A stretch of 63,899 nucleotides of DNA, filler included, from Neophaeotheca triangularis (lineage: Eukaryota), in assembly GCA_054600435.1 (NCBI GenBank). It is 4 parts of 4 records of this genome, joined end to end, with 100 filler letters (N's around TTAATTAATTAA, not from the genome) between each part and the next. Parts side by side here need not be neighbours in the genome. Positions count along the whole stretch, not along the records: positions 1 to 27,162 come from BAAIJX010000111.1; positions 27,263 to 52,628 come from BAAIJX010000112.1; 2 more parts are not named here. The stretch is one strand, 5' to 3'. Under the pieces are notes generated by a model. It had not been told where the DNA came from. It saw only the letters and a program-made list of their open reading frames with translations, and made no database searches. Both the position numbers and the translations under genes were made by a program. Shown here piece after piece: positions 23,194-33,728 of the stretch (its first letter is position 1; each line of letters starts with the position of its first letter).

Positions 23194-24993
23194 ATGGGCC
23201 CTTCACGCCTGTCCTTCGGCACACGCGCCGGTCACCCCTACGACTACAACCGGACTTCCCAACAAGCCTCCATAGCCACCGACCACTTCCGTACCAACCC
23301 CACCGCCCCCCTCCACCAATCCAGCGTCGACGAACTCGTAACAACTCTCCACCAAGGTCTCGAACAAGCCCATAACGACGGAGGCGAAACACCAGAATGC
23401 AGCGTTTTCGCCTTTGTCCTCGACAGCGACACCGTCGTCAAACTGATCCGCCCCAGCACCGGACCCTACGCTGCCGGGGGCCCGCAAGACTTGCCAGATG
23501 AGTTCAAGCTCGTCTCGGACACCGCCGCCGGCGACGCGGGAGGAGACTACGAAGACGGCCAGGAGAAGCGGTACCCGGAAGTGACGGTCGCGGCGGTCCT
23601 AGGCATCGAAGACGACAAGACACGTTCGATAGTGCAGCGCGCCGCGAGCCGCGGGCTGATAGCCGCCGTGGAGGACGTCGATGGTTTCCGGTACACTTTC
23701 AACAATGCGTGGGCGGCCAAGGATGAAGAGGGCCAGCGCTTCTCGTACATTTGCCAGGACTCGATGCAGAACAAGGACCGGCATGCCAATGGGTATTTGC
23801 GCGCGGTCAAGAATGCCAAACTCCCCGTGTCGGAGAATGAGGCCGCGAGGGGCGCGAGGAAGCCTACGTATGATTGCAAGGGTGCGGTTAGTGTGAAGTT
23901 TTCGCGTACGAGGGGGTTGGCTGAGGTGTTTTATCGGCATTTTGCCATTCATAAGACTGTGGCTGAGAGGAGGCCCGGGGGGAGGACGAGGAAGAGTGAT
24001 TACATTCGCGTCAAGGATCGGACTGTGGAGGGGATTAGGACGCATGCGGCGTTGAGGAAGTATCAGAAGCAATTGGCTAATGGAGGGGGAAGCAGTGAGG
24101 ATGAGGGACAGGATGGAGGAGGCGAGAGTGCGGTGTCGCATTCCGCGCCGGGGTCTACGGCTGCGAATGTGAGTCGCAAGAGGAAGCGTGGAAGTTCTGC
24201 GTCTGTTGCGGCGGAGAAAGATACCGCTCAGCCAATGTCGCTGGCGGCCATGCTTAACGCAGAAGTCATGCATGGAAGGCCCATCTACACGAACGATGCT
24301 TTTGAGAGACCTAACGAGCGCCCGGCGCCAGTCCAGTGGGACCTCCCACCCTGGCAGAAACCGCCAACGCCCCCACAACCAACTCCTCAACCCACACAAA
24401 ACCGCCAGCAAGGTCCCAAACAAGCCTTCCCACCACCCTACAACTCAAACTCAAACAAAGTGCCCATCCCCCCTGCTCCTGCTTCCACCGCCTCGAATCG
24501 GCCCATTCCCCCACCAACCCAGACCTACTACAGCCCCTTCTCGCAACCCCACCCACAACAGCGTCTCCCCAATGGCTACACCCCTCAACCCCCACCTCCT
24601 ACCAACTACGCGCTGCCACCTACCAACCACTCACCCTGGGCACCACCCTCTCAACCAAACAACCTCACGCAAACCATGAACGGCGTCGCCGGCCCGGTGC
24701 AAGGCCGTTATCGTCTGGAACCCCTGCGACGAGGGCCCAGACTCACGAATTCCAAGCCTACGCCACCTGCTGCTGCTGCTGCTTCGAAGCGCAAGAGTCC
24801 GGCGCCGTTGCCATACGGCAGTCCTTATGCTTCCAGGGCAGGGGCTGGGGCTGGATCTACGGCTACGGCGACGTCTGGTGCTGAGAGGAGGAAAGAGGAG
24901 GGACTGGCGGATTGGGAGGAGGCGCTGAGGGCAGGAGCTAGGGCTGAATTGTCCAGGGAGGCGAGTCCGGATCCTTGGTTTCCTAAAAGGTGA
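23194..24993 (+). CDS. Hypothetical protein with a possible C2H2 WRKY/GCM1-like domain, basic NLS-like patches and a Pro/Gln-rich tail
   Basis: 599-aa ORF containing RFSYICQDS...YDCKGAVSVKF...VFYRHFAIH and RKRKR. Confidence 0.7.
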   Translation: MGPSRLSFGTRAGHPYDYNRTSQQASIATDHFRTNPTAPLHQSSVDELVTTLHQGLEQAHNDGGETPECSVFAFVLDSDTVVKLIRPSTGPYAAGGPQDLPDEFKLVSDTAAGDAGGDYEDGQEKRYPEVTVAAVLGIEDDKTRSIVQRAASRGLIAAVEDVDGFRYTFNNAWAAKDEEGQRFSYICQDSMQNKDRHANGYLRAVKNAKLPVSENEAARGARKPTYDCKGAVSVKFSRTRGLAEVFYRHFAIHKTVAERRPGGRTRKSDYIRVKDRTVEGIRTHAALRKYQKQLANGGGSSEDEGQDGGGESAVSHSAPGSTAANVSRKRKRGSSASVAAEKDTAQPMSLAAMLNAEVMHGRPIYTNDAFERPNERPAPVQWDLPPWQKPPTPPQPTPQPTQNRQQGPKQAFPPPYNSNSNKVPIPPAPASTASNRPIPPPTQTYYSPFSQPHPQQRLPNGYTPQPPPPTNYALPPTNHSPWAPPSQPNNLTQTMNGVAGPVQGRYRLEPLRRGPRLTNSKPTPPAAAAASKRKSPAPLPYGSPYASRAGAGAGSTATATSGAERRKEEGLADWEEALRAGARAELSREASPDPWFPKR

Positions 24994-25389
24994 ATGGGGA
25001 AGTGGGGAGGGTTGCTGTGCAGGTGATAAGGGACGGCTCTTCCTTGAAGCGAATGAGAGTTCTAGAGCACCGTGGCTAATGGCAGTGAGGCGAGCGTGAA
25101 TGGCAGGGCAGGGAATTCCACGGTATATTCTCACTGTTTCCATTTTTGCTTCCATTGAGAAGGGACGCACGTGCAAGGCGTCCTCATAAGTACGTGAAGA
25201 GACAGCTTCATATGCTGGATTCACAATGACACTAACGCGTAAAGAAACTTAGATACTATAGCACTGTACTATAATCATATGATCAACCCTTATAAGGAAC
25301 ACGTGCGTAGATTGAAGCACAAAACCCCTTCGAGAGGCGTTTCGACACTTTCGTACCTACAACAACTTTGCAACACTATCTAGAACAAG

Positions 25390-26745
25390 ATGGCGAACTC
25401 TAGGCCTACTTTCGTGGATATGGACATTGTTGATGGGCTTATCAGTCCTCTTACGACTGAAGAGGAATGCCCGGCGTACACTGACGACTTGGTTTACGAT
25501 TACAACACATTTTACGACAATTCGTTCCTCTACAATATAGATATGGACGACTTTTCGGAATTCTCAACTACGAACGACCTCACTCATTCCTCGATGAACG
25601 AATACACCACTTCACTGCCATACCAACACAACCCTCTGACAGACGTTGACGCCTCACTCTCGACCCCCCGAACCCCCAACCCTCTCCTCAAAACTGCGGG
25701 CAAAAAACCCAAATACTGTCCCCCCGGCCCTTCGAACCTACGCGAAGAGTACGCACCCGCCACTCACGCACCCAAACCCAAAGACCCCCGCAAGCCCTCG
25801 ACAACCCCAGCACCGGAGGACCTGTATGCCCCAGCGACGGCCGGGGGGCCGCTACGTTTCCCGCCGTATGCCGATGCCTCCTCCCCCGCGGCTGGAAAGT
25901 CCGACCGCGACCGCGATGTCCACAGTCCCCGGCGTGGAAGCTCGAGGCGTAACGCCACCGCCACCCAACCAGGGCCGAAAACCAAATCCTCACCCCAACG
26001 CTTACGGCAGCCGAAGGCGGTCAAGACTACGAGCCACACGCTCGCGAAGCGGCAGTCGCAGCCACCTCTCCAGCACACCTCCCGGCCCGAGATCCCACAC
26101 TTCTCTCTCGACGACCCTTTCAACACGCTCTCCGCTCCTGACGTCGAGGCTGGAAATCGCGTCCTGGCACGCATGCGCGGTTTCCGCACAAGCCACCGAC
26201 TCCCTCCTGGCACGAGGCCTCGGAAGGGCGGACCGCGGGACGAGGGCAGAGACGGGATGATGGGGTGGGATGGGGGACTTTGGACCGAAAGCAGCGCGCT
26301 CGAGGGCGTCGGGGACGCGAGGTCTTGGGTGCGGGTTGAGGTGGGTGGGAAGGGGGATGGCTGGAGTAGTGGCGAGGTCGGTGGGGATAACGGGCGCGAT
26401 GCCGTTGGGGATGAGGGTGACGGCGAGGTCGAGGAAATCTTCCCTCCCGCTGAGGGCGAGGGTTTTCTCCCGGCTGGCTCGGCGTCGTCGTCGTCGTCGT
26501 CGTCGTCGTTGGCTTCGTCGGGAGAGCGGGAGGCTCACGCCTACTGGTGCTCGCGCTTGCGCTCTTTGGAGCTGGCCGATACTTCGGCGTCCGAGGCTTG
26601 TGTCGGTGGAGCCGCGGCTCGTGGGCTCGGGCCTGAGGCTTGGGCGGCTAGGCTCGCGATGCAGGGGCGGGTTTTGGGGAGGATTGCTTTGAGGAAGCGG
26701 GAGTTGATGGTTGTGGGGAGGGAGAGGGGATGGGTGGGGCGGTAG
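25390..26745 (+). CDS. Hypothetical low-complexity protein
   Basis: 451-aa ATG-initiated ORF with no recognised domain; poly-Ser from (TCG)n near 26484-26509. Confidence 0.45.
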   Translation: MANSRPTFVDMDIVDGLISPLTTEEECPAYTDDLVYDYNTFYDNSFLYNIDMDDFSEFSTTNDLTHSSMNEYTTSLPYQHNPLTDVDASLSTPRTPNPLLKTAGKKPKYCPPGPSNLREEYAPATHAPKPKDPRKPSTTPAPEDLYAPATAGGPLRFPPYADASSPAAGKSDRDRDVHSPRRGSSRRNATATQPGPKTKSSPQRLRQPKAVKTTSHTLAKRQSQPPLQHTSRPEIPHFSLDDPFNTLSAPDVEAGNRVLARMRGFRTSHRLPPGTRPRKGGPRDEGRDGMMGWDGGLWTESSALEGVGDARSWVRVEVGGKGDGWSSGEVGGDNGRDAVGDEGDGEVEEIFPPAEGEGFLPAGSASSSSSSSSLASSGEREAHAYWCSRLRSLELADTSASEACVGGAAARGLGPEAWAARLAMQGRVLGRIALRKRELMVVGRERGWVGR

Positions 26746-27162
26746 TCTGGGCGCGAGGGATGAGGAGGTTTTGGTTCCTGGGCTTGCTGAGACGGGAGGG
26801 AAGGGGGTGGTGGGGGTCTTGGGGAGGGTGTGGTTGTCTAGGGCGAGTGGTGGAGGCGGAGATACCAGGGAGAATGTTTTCCGAACAGATTTGCGTGATT
26901 CGGGAGGTTTCTGGGCGAGCTTGCGGTGTGTTAGAATCTAGGGTAGATGGCCCTCACTATTCACTTGGGTACCCGCACCCGGCGGCCAGACCTGTCTAGC
27001 AAGCTGCCCTCATTCACGCTCATAAGCCGTGGAGAACATTACCTCCCCCCCGCCCGGGTGGGGGGGACTCGGTTGTGCCTGCCGGGCTGCGGGGTTGGGA
27101 GAGACGAGCGCCCATTGTTTTGCTTTCTTTTTCTTTAACGGGGATGGTTTCGGATATTTATT

Positions 27163-27262
27163 NNNNNNNNNNNNNNNNNNNNNNNNNNNNNNNNNNNNNN
27201 NNNNNNTTAATTAATTAANNNNNNNNNNNNNNNNNNNNNNNNNNNNNNNNNNNNNNNNNNNN
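27163..27262. other. Artificial contig-joining spacer (N44-TTAATTAATTAA-N44)
   Basis: Exactly 100 nt with an all-frame stop linker; identical to the other two spacers. Confidence 0.97.
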
Positions 27263-28170
27263 TTTATATAGAGAGCTATAGATTTACGACACCTTAGCTA
27301 GTAGTTTCTATAGATACTTTTAGGTCTAGTAAAGCCTATAAAACTAGCTAGAAGTCCCTAGAAACTTCCTAGTACCTTTACTAATACTAAATTTCTAGAG
27401 TCTATAGTAGATTCTAAGTTAATTTATATAGAGAGCTATAGATTTATAATATCTTAGCTAGTAGATTCTATAGATACCCTTAGGTCTATTAAAGCCTATA
27501 AAACTAGCTAGAAGTCCTTAGAAACTTCCTACTACCTTTACTAGCCTTAAATGTTTAGAGTCTATAGTAGATTCTAAGTTAATTTATATAGAGGGCTATA
27601 GATTTACGACACCTTAGCTAGTAGTTTCTATAGATACTTTAAGGTTAATTAAAGTCTATAAAACTAGCTAGAAGTCTCTAGAAACTTCCTACTACCTTTA
27701 CTAATTCTTATTATCCTAGGTTTATAGTAAGCTCTATAATTAATTTATATAGAGAGCTATAGATTTACTAGAACTTAGCTAGTAGTTTCTATAGGTCTTC
27801 TTAGGTATAGTAAAGTCTATAAAGCTAGCTAGAGCTCCCTAGAAACTTCCTAGTACTTTTACTAATTCTAAATACTAAGAGTCTATAGTAAGCTCTAAGT
27901 CGATTTATATAGAAAGCTATAGATTTACTAGACCTTAACTAGTAGTTTCTATAGGTCTCTATAGCTAGAAGTCTATAGAAACTTCCTAATATCTTTTATA
28001 TCTAATTCTTCCTATAATACTCTTATGAAAAGTATTACTAGGATTTATAGAGAGTTCTATAGATTTACGTAAGACCCTAGCTCATTTTCTATAGACTCTA
28101 TAAACCCTATAGATCCTAGGAAAACTAACTAGAAGTCCTAGAAAACTTCCTAGCTCTTATAAAAACTAAT
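27263..28170. repeat. RIP-mutated tandem array, unit about 160 bp, about 5.5 copies
   Basis: Units beginning TTTATATAGAGAGCTATAGATTT start at 27263, 27423, 27583, 27744 and 27904, with a degenerate unit at 28044. Confidence 0.9.
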
Positions 28171-30084
28171 TTTCTTAATTTTGCTAGTAAAACAGAGTTA
28201 TACTATTAGAGTAGTTATACTAGGTAGTATTAGGAGCGCTATAACCCTAACTAGGATACTATATGTAGTTATTAAAATTAGAGGTAGTAGTAGTAGGGGT
28301 ATAAGTAGACCGTTCGGGAAAGGAAGGTTATAGAGCTACCTAGAAGACATTAGTCGTAGCGCTAGCTAGAGTATTAGTAGGACGCGATAGTAGGGACGCC
28401 CTAGAGCCGTCCCTACTAGATCCTAGAGTAAGCGTAAGGGTAGATAGTGTAGAGAAAGTAGTAGGCCCTACATCCTATATATCTTCTAGAGTAAGGGAAA
28501 CGTTAAGAGAGGAGTTAGACATATTTTTAGTTATTTGTTTAGTTTTCTAGAAGTAGTGATAATAGTAAGATAGTATAAGTAAAATAGTAGAGTCTTAGAA
28601 CATATAAGTAATAGACTAAGTAAGGAAGCTAAGAATATAAGCGATATTCTTAGTAGTAAATGTATAAAGTTAATCTTAAGTAGTACCTCGTAGTCTTTCT
28701 TCGATCTATAGCTAAGATGATATCTTTTCTCTACTAGAGGTCCTAAAGGTCCGGATTCTCTAGTAGTATATAGAAGGTTTACCTCTATTAAAATAAGACG
28801 AGTATCGTTATAGGGGACTCTAGCCTCTACATTTTTAAAGCTCTATTAAGTTTTTAGCGATAATACTAAATAATCTAAGACCTTATATAGTATAGATAAC
28901 CGTATCTAGGCTAAGTAGAACGGTAAGGGCGAGGAAAGCTAAAGTAGTAAGTAGTAGTCTAGGTTATCTAGAAGCTACTATTATCGTTTCGTTAGGATAG
29001 GAGAATAGCGGGGTAGAGTAGTAGGTTTCTTAGGGTTAAGTATAGCGCTACTATCGCGTTATCGAGTCCCTTTTCTAGTTCCCTTATTAAAGGGTAAGTT
29101 CTATAAGTTAGCTAGTCTTATAGTAGGTATAATTCCTAGAGCATAGGTTTAGCTATTAGGACGAAGACAATATATAATCGCCCTACCTTTAGTTCTAAAT
29201 ATGTCGAGCGGTATAAACACTCGAGAAGCTAGGAGACTAGCCCTACTTAGGGAGGTATTATTTATAATAGTTATAAATAATGCTTAGGATTAGGAATTAG
29301 GTATAGTCGAGAATTAGGGATTATTCGTAATAGTTACATATAATATGTTAGGGTTAGTAATTAGTTAGGTTAGTTATAGTATATAGAGGCTAATTTAATT
29401 AGTCGCTATTTATTCTATATATGTCTGTCTAGGTAGGTAGGTATCTAAGATATAAGTACTAGTGTAGGGAGAGCTATAGGTATATAAAGGGGGTAATAAT
29501 AAAGTAAATACTATAAAACTAGTCCGCCTATAAATATAGTATAGGAGTTACCACGACACTAATAGTTTAGGTAGCTTGTCGAGTACGATTATAGGGCTTA
29601 GTAGTACTAACCCTATACTCTACTACCTACTAAGGATAATATGACTTACTATCGCCTTACTCCTTATATAAATATACATTTCTACCTATTCTATATAGGG
29701 GATACGGCCTATATTAAGCTAAAGAGAAGTATTAGTCTCTAAAGCTAGTACGTACTTAAGTAGAGTAAAGACGTCTATATCTAGTAGCTATAGGATATAA
29801 GAATAGTGTAGTAGTAGTATTAGTAAGTCTATTACGTTACGTATATAGAATACTATCACATTTACTATAATATAGCTACTATGTCTATCTATAATTAAAA
29901 GTCTTTAGGCTATAGAGTCTATTAGCTTTATTAGAGGCTTAAAAATAGTCGTTTACTACTTATAGCTATAGCTATCTAATGTCTAGCTATTACTACTAGT
30001 TAAGAATTACTAGTCTTAAGGGGCTTATATAGGTATCTACCTAGTATTCATATACTTAGCGTTAAATATTAATAGTAGCGCGAG

Positions 30085-30829
30085 AGCTATATATTATAAT
30101 CCTATAAGGTAGTCTTATAGGTAGAGCTTATAATAGAAGAGGAGAGATATTAAAGAAGGCTAGTAAGGGTGTTTCCTTTATTATAAGGATTTTAAAGATA
30201 TATAAAGTATCGCTATAGACCTTTTAGTAAGATTATAACATAAGTTAAACATAAATCTCTATCTAGGAAACACTACTACCTAAATATAAAGAGATTTATG
30301 TCTAATTAGTTTAGAACTAATCTGTTATGCTTAGGATTAGACTAATCCTAAGTGTCCTAGCTTAGACTTAGACTAAGTCTAAGTTATCCTACTTAGTTAG
30401 AGTCTAAGTGACTATCTTAGCTAGTAAGGTAGAATATATAAGTAAGCTATATTAGGGTTAAACCCTAGCTTAGTTTAAGAACTTTAGCCTCACTTAGCTT
30501 AGCCCGTAATAATAGGATAGAGCGCGCTTAGGTCACGTGACGTGCTTACCTTTACTTAGTGCTTACCTCTAACTAAGCGCTACTAAGTAACGGATCATAA
30601 CAATTAGAGACACAAATCTCCTTTATATTTAGGTAGTGACATTTCCTAGATAGAAATTTGTGTTTAACTTATGTTATAATCTTACTAAAAGATCTATAGC
30701 GACACTTTACGTATCTTTAAAATCCTTACAATAAAGGAAACACCCTTACTAGCCTTCTTTAATATCTCTCCTCTTCCGCTATAAGCTCTAAACCCGTAAG
30801 ACTACCTTATAGGATTGCAACACATAGCT
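30085..30829. repeat. Foldback element: about 220-bp inverted arms (30085-30307 and 30603-30829)
   Basis: The reverse complement of 30603-30829 aligns to 30085-30307; differences are mostly C/T and G/A transitions. Confidence 0.9.
30323..30602. mobile_element. Solo-LTR-like element (280 bp)
   Basis: Starts TGTTATG and ends CATAACA (TG...CA with a 7-bp terminal inverted repeat); RIP-mutated; no direct TSD visible. Confidence 0.6.
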
Positions 30830-33728
30830 AATGAAAGAAATAAACAAACCAGTGGTTTTATAGAATGATAAAGTTCATAGACTACCTATAAGGTTTAGCT
30901 CTAGTTACCCTAAGGTTGCTCCGCACGGACCTCTTAGCAATACCGAGGATCCTACCGGATAAGGGGATACACCGATTTTAGAAGAGACGCCGCGTTCGCC
31001 TATTCTAGGGCCTTTCACCACTCGGCAATCACCGTGGCGCGCACCTCCGCGACTGACAGGGCCACCATGGCACCTCCGAGCACCTTCACCACCTACTTGC
31101 ACCCTACTAACTAGGTGTCTCACCTACCGTGGGCACTACTTCCTACCCCATAAGCGCCCTACGTACCAAGATCTGATAGTACCATTTCGATGCGTCATGA
31201 ACAAGAGGTAGGAGAAGAGAAAGGTTGATCAAGAGTAGGAAGGAGACAGGAGACAAATTGGAGGAGCGGGGAGGTCACAACGAGCAGGCGAGTGGGCGAA
31301 CGGGCACTCTTAGACGGTGATTCGCGAGCGAGCGAGCTCACAACACTACTCGGGGCTCGCTCGATCACTGACTACCCTGCCGTGAAGAGCGGCCGAGCCT
31401 GCCGAACAACCACGACCTTTTCACATGGCATACCTGAAAGCAGAAGTCGCTTGGCAGCGGTAAGGAACGCCAACGTCCGAACTCTACGAAGGTCGGCTAC
31501 CGTCTGCTGAGGTCGCCTGTCTTATACAGCGCACCCGCGCAAGGTACACGGAGAAGAAGAAGGTTAGGATCTCATGCCGCCATTCATAGAGGTCGATGGC
31601 GTAGCAAGGCGAGCTGGACATTGACCGCGAAAAGTTCCCTCAACAGGTCCGCCGGAGACTTCCTGCCGAGCAATGGTAGGTAAGCGTTGCCTGCAAGAAA
31701 CGATCAAAGCTTGAGAAGTCCGCCTGCGTTGCTAAAGAAACCGCGTGGGTAGACACTCGTTTGCGCAATCCGTTTGGTGCGAACCCGAGGCGACGAGTGC
31801 GAACAAGATGAAGGCTCGAACTCGATTGCTGTCATCAACCCGCCGGAGCAGACATGGCCATCGCGATTGCGACGGGAAGTGCGGACTCTGGCGGCTGAGT
31901 CGCAGCGAAGAGGTGACCGACTCGACAAACAGCTACGGCGAGACAATCTAGGTACTGCTTTGCCGGGGAATAGCGCGAGGGCCGGTCTAGACCCGACGAC
32001 AAAGTATTGGCGTATCGGAAGATGCTCTCATCGAATCTCACTCGGGTGAGGAAGCACGGCGGCGGCGCGCAGGGACAGAGATGGTAATGCATGCATGCCC
32101 TGTTGTGAACTTGTGATGCCCGGCTTGGGGATCAGGAAGTTAAAGGTTTCGGGAGGCTACGACGGACAAGTGGGGAGAAGCCTCCCTCGGGAGATATGAT
32201 GTGCGTATACGCTGGTCTGATGGCGAGTGCAACAGCCTAAAATACAAGCGAAAGCGGTAGTACGAGGCCCTCTATACGACGGTCCGCTTCATCTACTAGA
32301 GTATAGGTAAACTGGAGACCTCGAGGCTCGCAGCCTCAGCAAGATTGAACTAATTCTCTTCGAGTGAAATGTCGAGGACAGCTCATACCCGGTGCATGGC
32401 TAATAGATACAATCAGTCGTCGTTCAATAACTCATTGTAGTTGCGAGACCATTATTGCTCCGACGGACAGGAACATTATTGGAGCTACGAAAGCCACGCA
32501 CGCCGAACAACCAACAGATGTACGGCATCTCCCTTCAACGACAGGCAAGTGGAGTTTTGCAGACACCCCGGTCTCGAGGACGTTGCCAAGGCTTTCGGTC
32601 TACGTCGGGGCTGATAAAAAGGTGGAGTCGAAAGCGCTTTAAATTTACCTTCCCCAGATTCTTATTTCCAACCGTTGGAAGTCATCCCATACTGCCTGCT
32701 CGCTTCCAACAAGTTCATAACGCCATTGGGACAGTCCTCGAAGCATTCTCCGCCGTCGCATCAATTACGAGGCCAGTTTGCCTTCAAGCCTGCACCGCTC
32801 TTTATCAGCAAGAGTCTACTGGAGTCGGGGATGCTGTCTGCCCACGGTATTGTGACATCATCTGCCGTGTCCGAGTGGCCTAGCTACATACCTCGCACGG
32901 CTACTTTAGCCCCTACTCGGCCCTCTTCGGCGGCGGCATTGCGGCATGCTGGACGGTAACACCGTAAGGAGGTGGAGTGGCATGCGATATCATCCTTGAC
33001 GCTTAGTAGAGGAGCCGTCACGTTCCAAGCACATCGCTCCTCTCATCAAGATCCTACTGAGGTAAGCCTGTGCTCCAGAGGCTGCTTAGCGTTCCTTAAA
33101 TATCTTTAACGGTTCACACTTACCACATAACAGGCTCACCATTCAGTCATCGGTGGATTCAGCCTAATGTACCCCGAAGCAAAGCTTGCGGGGCGCGTCT
33201 ACTCGAAAGCGTAAGATATTGCCTCTAGACGCCTCACACTTGCCCGCAAAACTAAGACCAGTATCATGCGCACCTCATGATAGGGCGGCTTAATATACTA
33301 GCCTACTAGTCCGAGCCATTGATCTTGTTAACTTTTATGCGCAGTCAGTTCGGGCAGTCTACGGTCTGCTTCTACCGCACCTTCTAAAGAGTCGACTTTG
33401 GAATGGAGAGGACCGCTCAGCCACAAACCGTTCCGGCCGCCATGAACGCGCGAACGGTAGCCGTTCCTCCAGTTAGAAAGTAGCGCCACTAGCCAATATT
33501 GGCCTCGGAGAACTTCGTTAATCAGGCGAGGAGGCCTGTCATTCCGCTCGTACCACAGCATTGGGTCGTTTTTACTCAACGGAAGTGAACTCTTGTCCTT
33601 TAAGGTTCGGAAGATATTCCAACGCTCAATCTCCTTGTCTGCGAGTAGAGTTAAAAGGAATCGACACCCTCAATCTTTCTCTGGCCCATCAAACGACGAC
33701 ATCGTATTCTTTCCCAAATTTCGTTACC

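Larger units (their letters stand above)
27263..30900. mobile_element. AT-rich RIP-degraded repeat/transposon block
   Basis: Extreme TpA/TAG/CTA enrichment with CpA/TpG depletion, and no ORFs in the track. Typical of repeat-induced point mutation. Confidence 0.85.

Noticed and set aside
27207..27218. TTAATTAATTAA as a biological motif or piggyBac-like TTAA target
   Set aside because: It is centred in N-runs identically three times, so it is an assembly linker.
27263..28170. 160-bp array as CRISPR or a coding repeat
   Set aside because: Whole units are homologous, the period is not a multiple of 3, and stops are abundant.
30452..30468. TTAGGG...CCCTAG telomere-like sequence
   Set aside because: A single unit inside a RIP-mutated LTR-like element, not an array.
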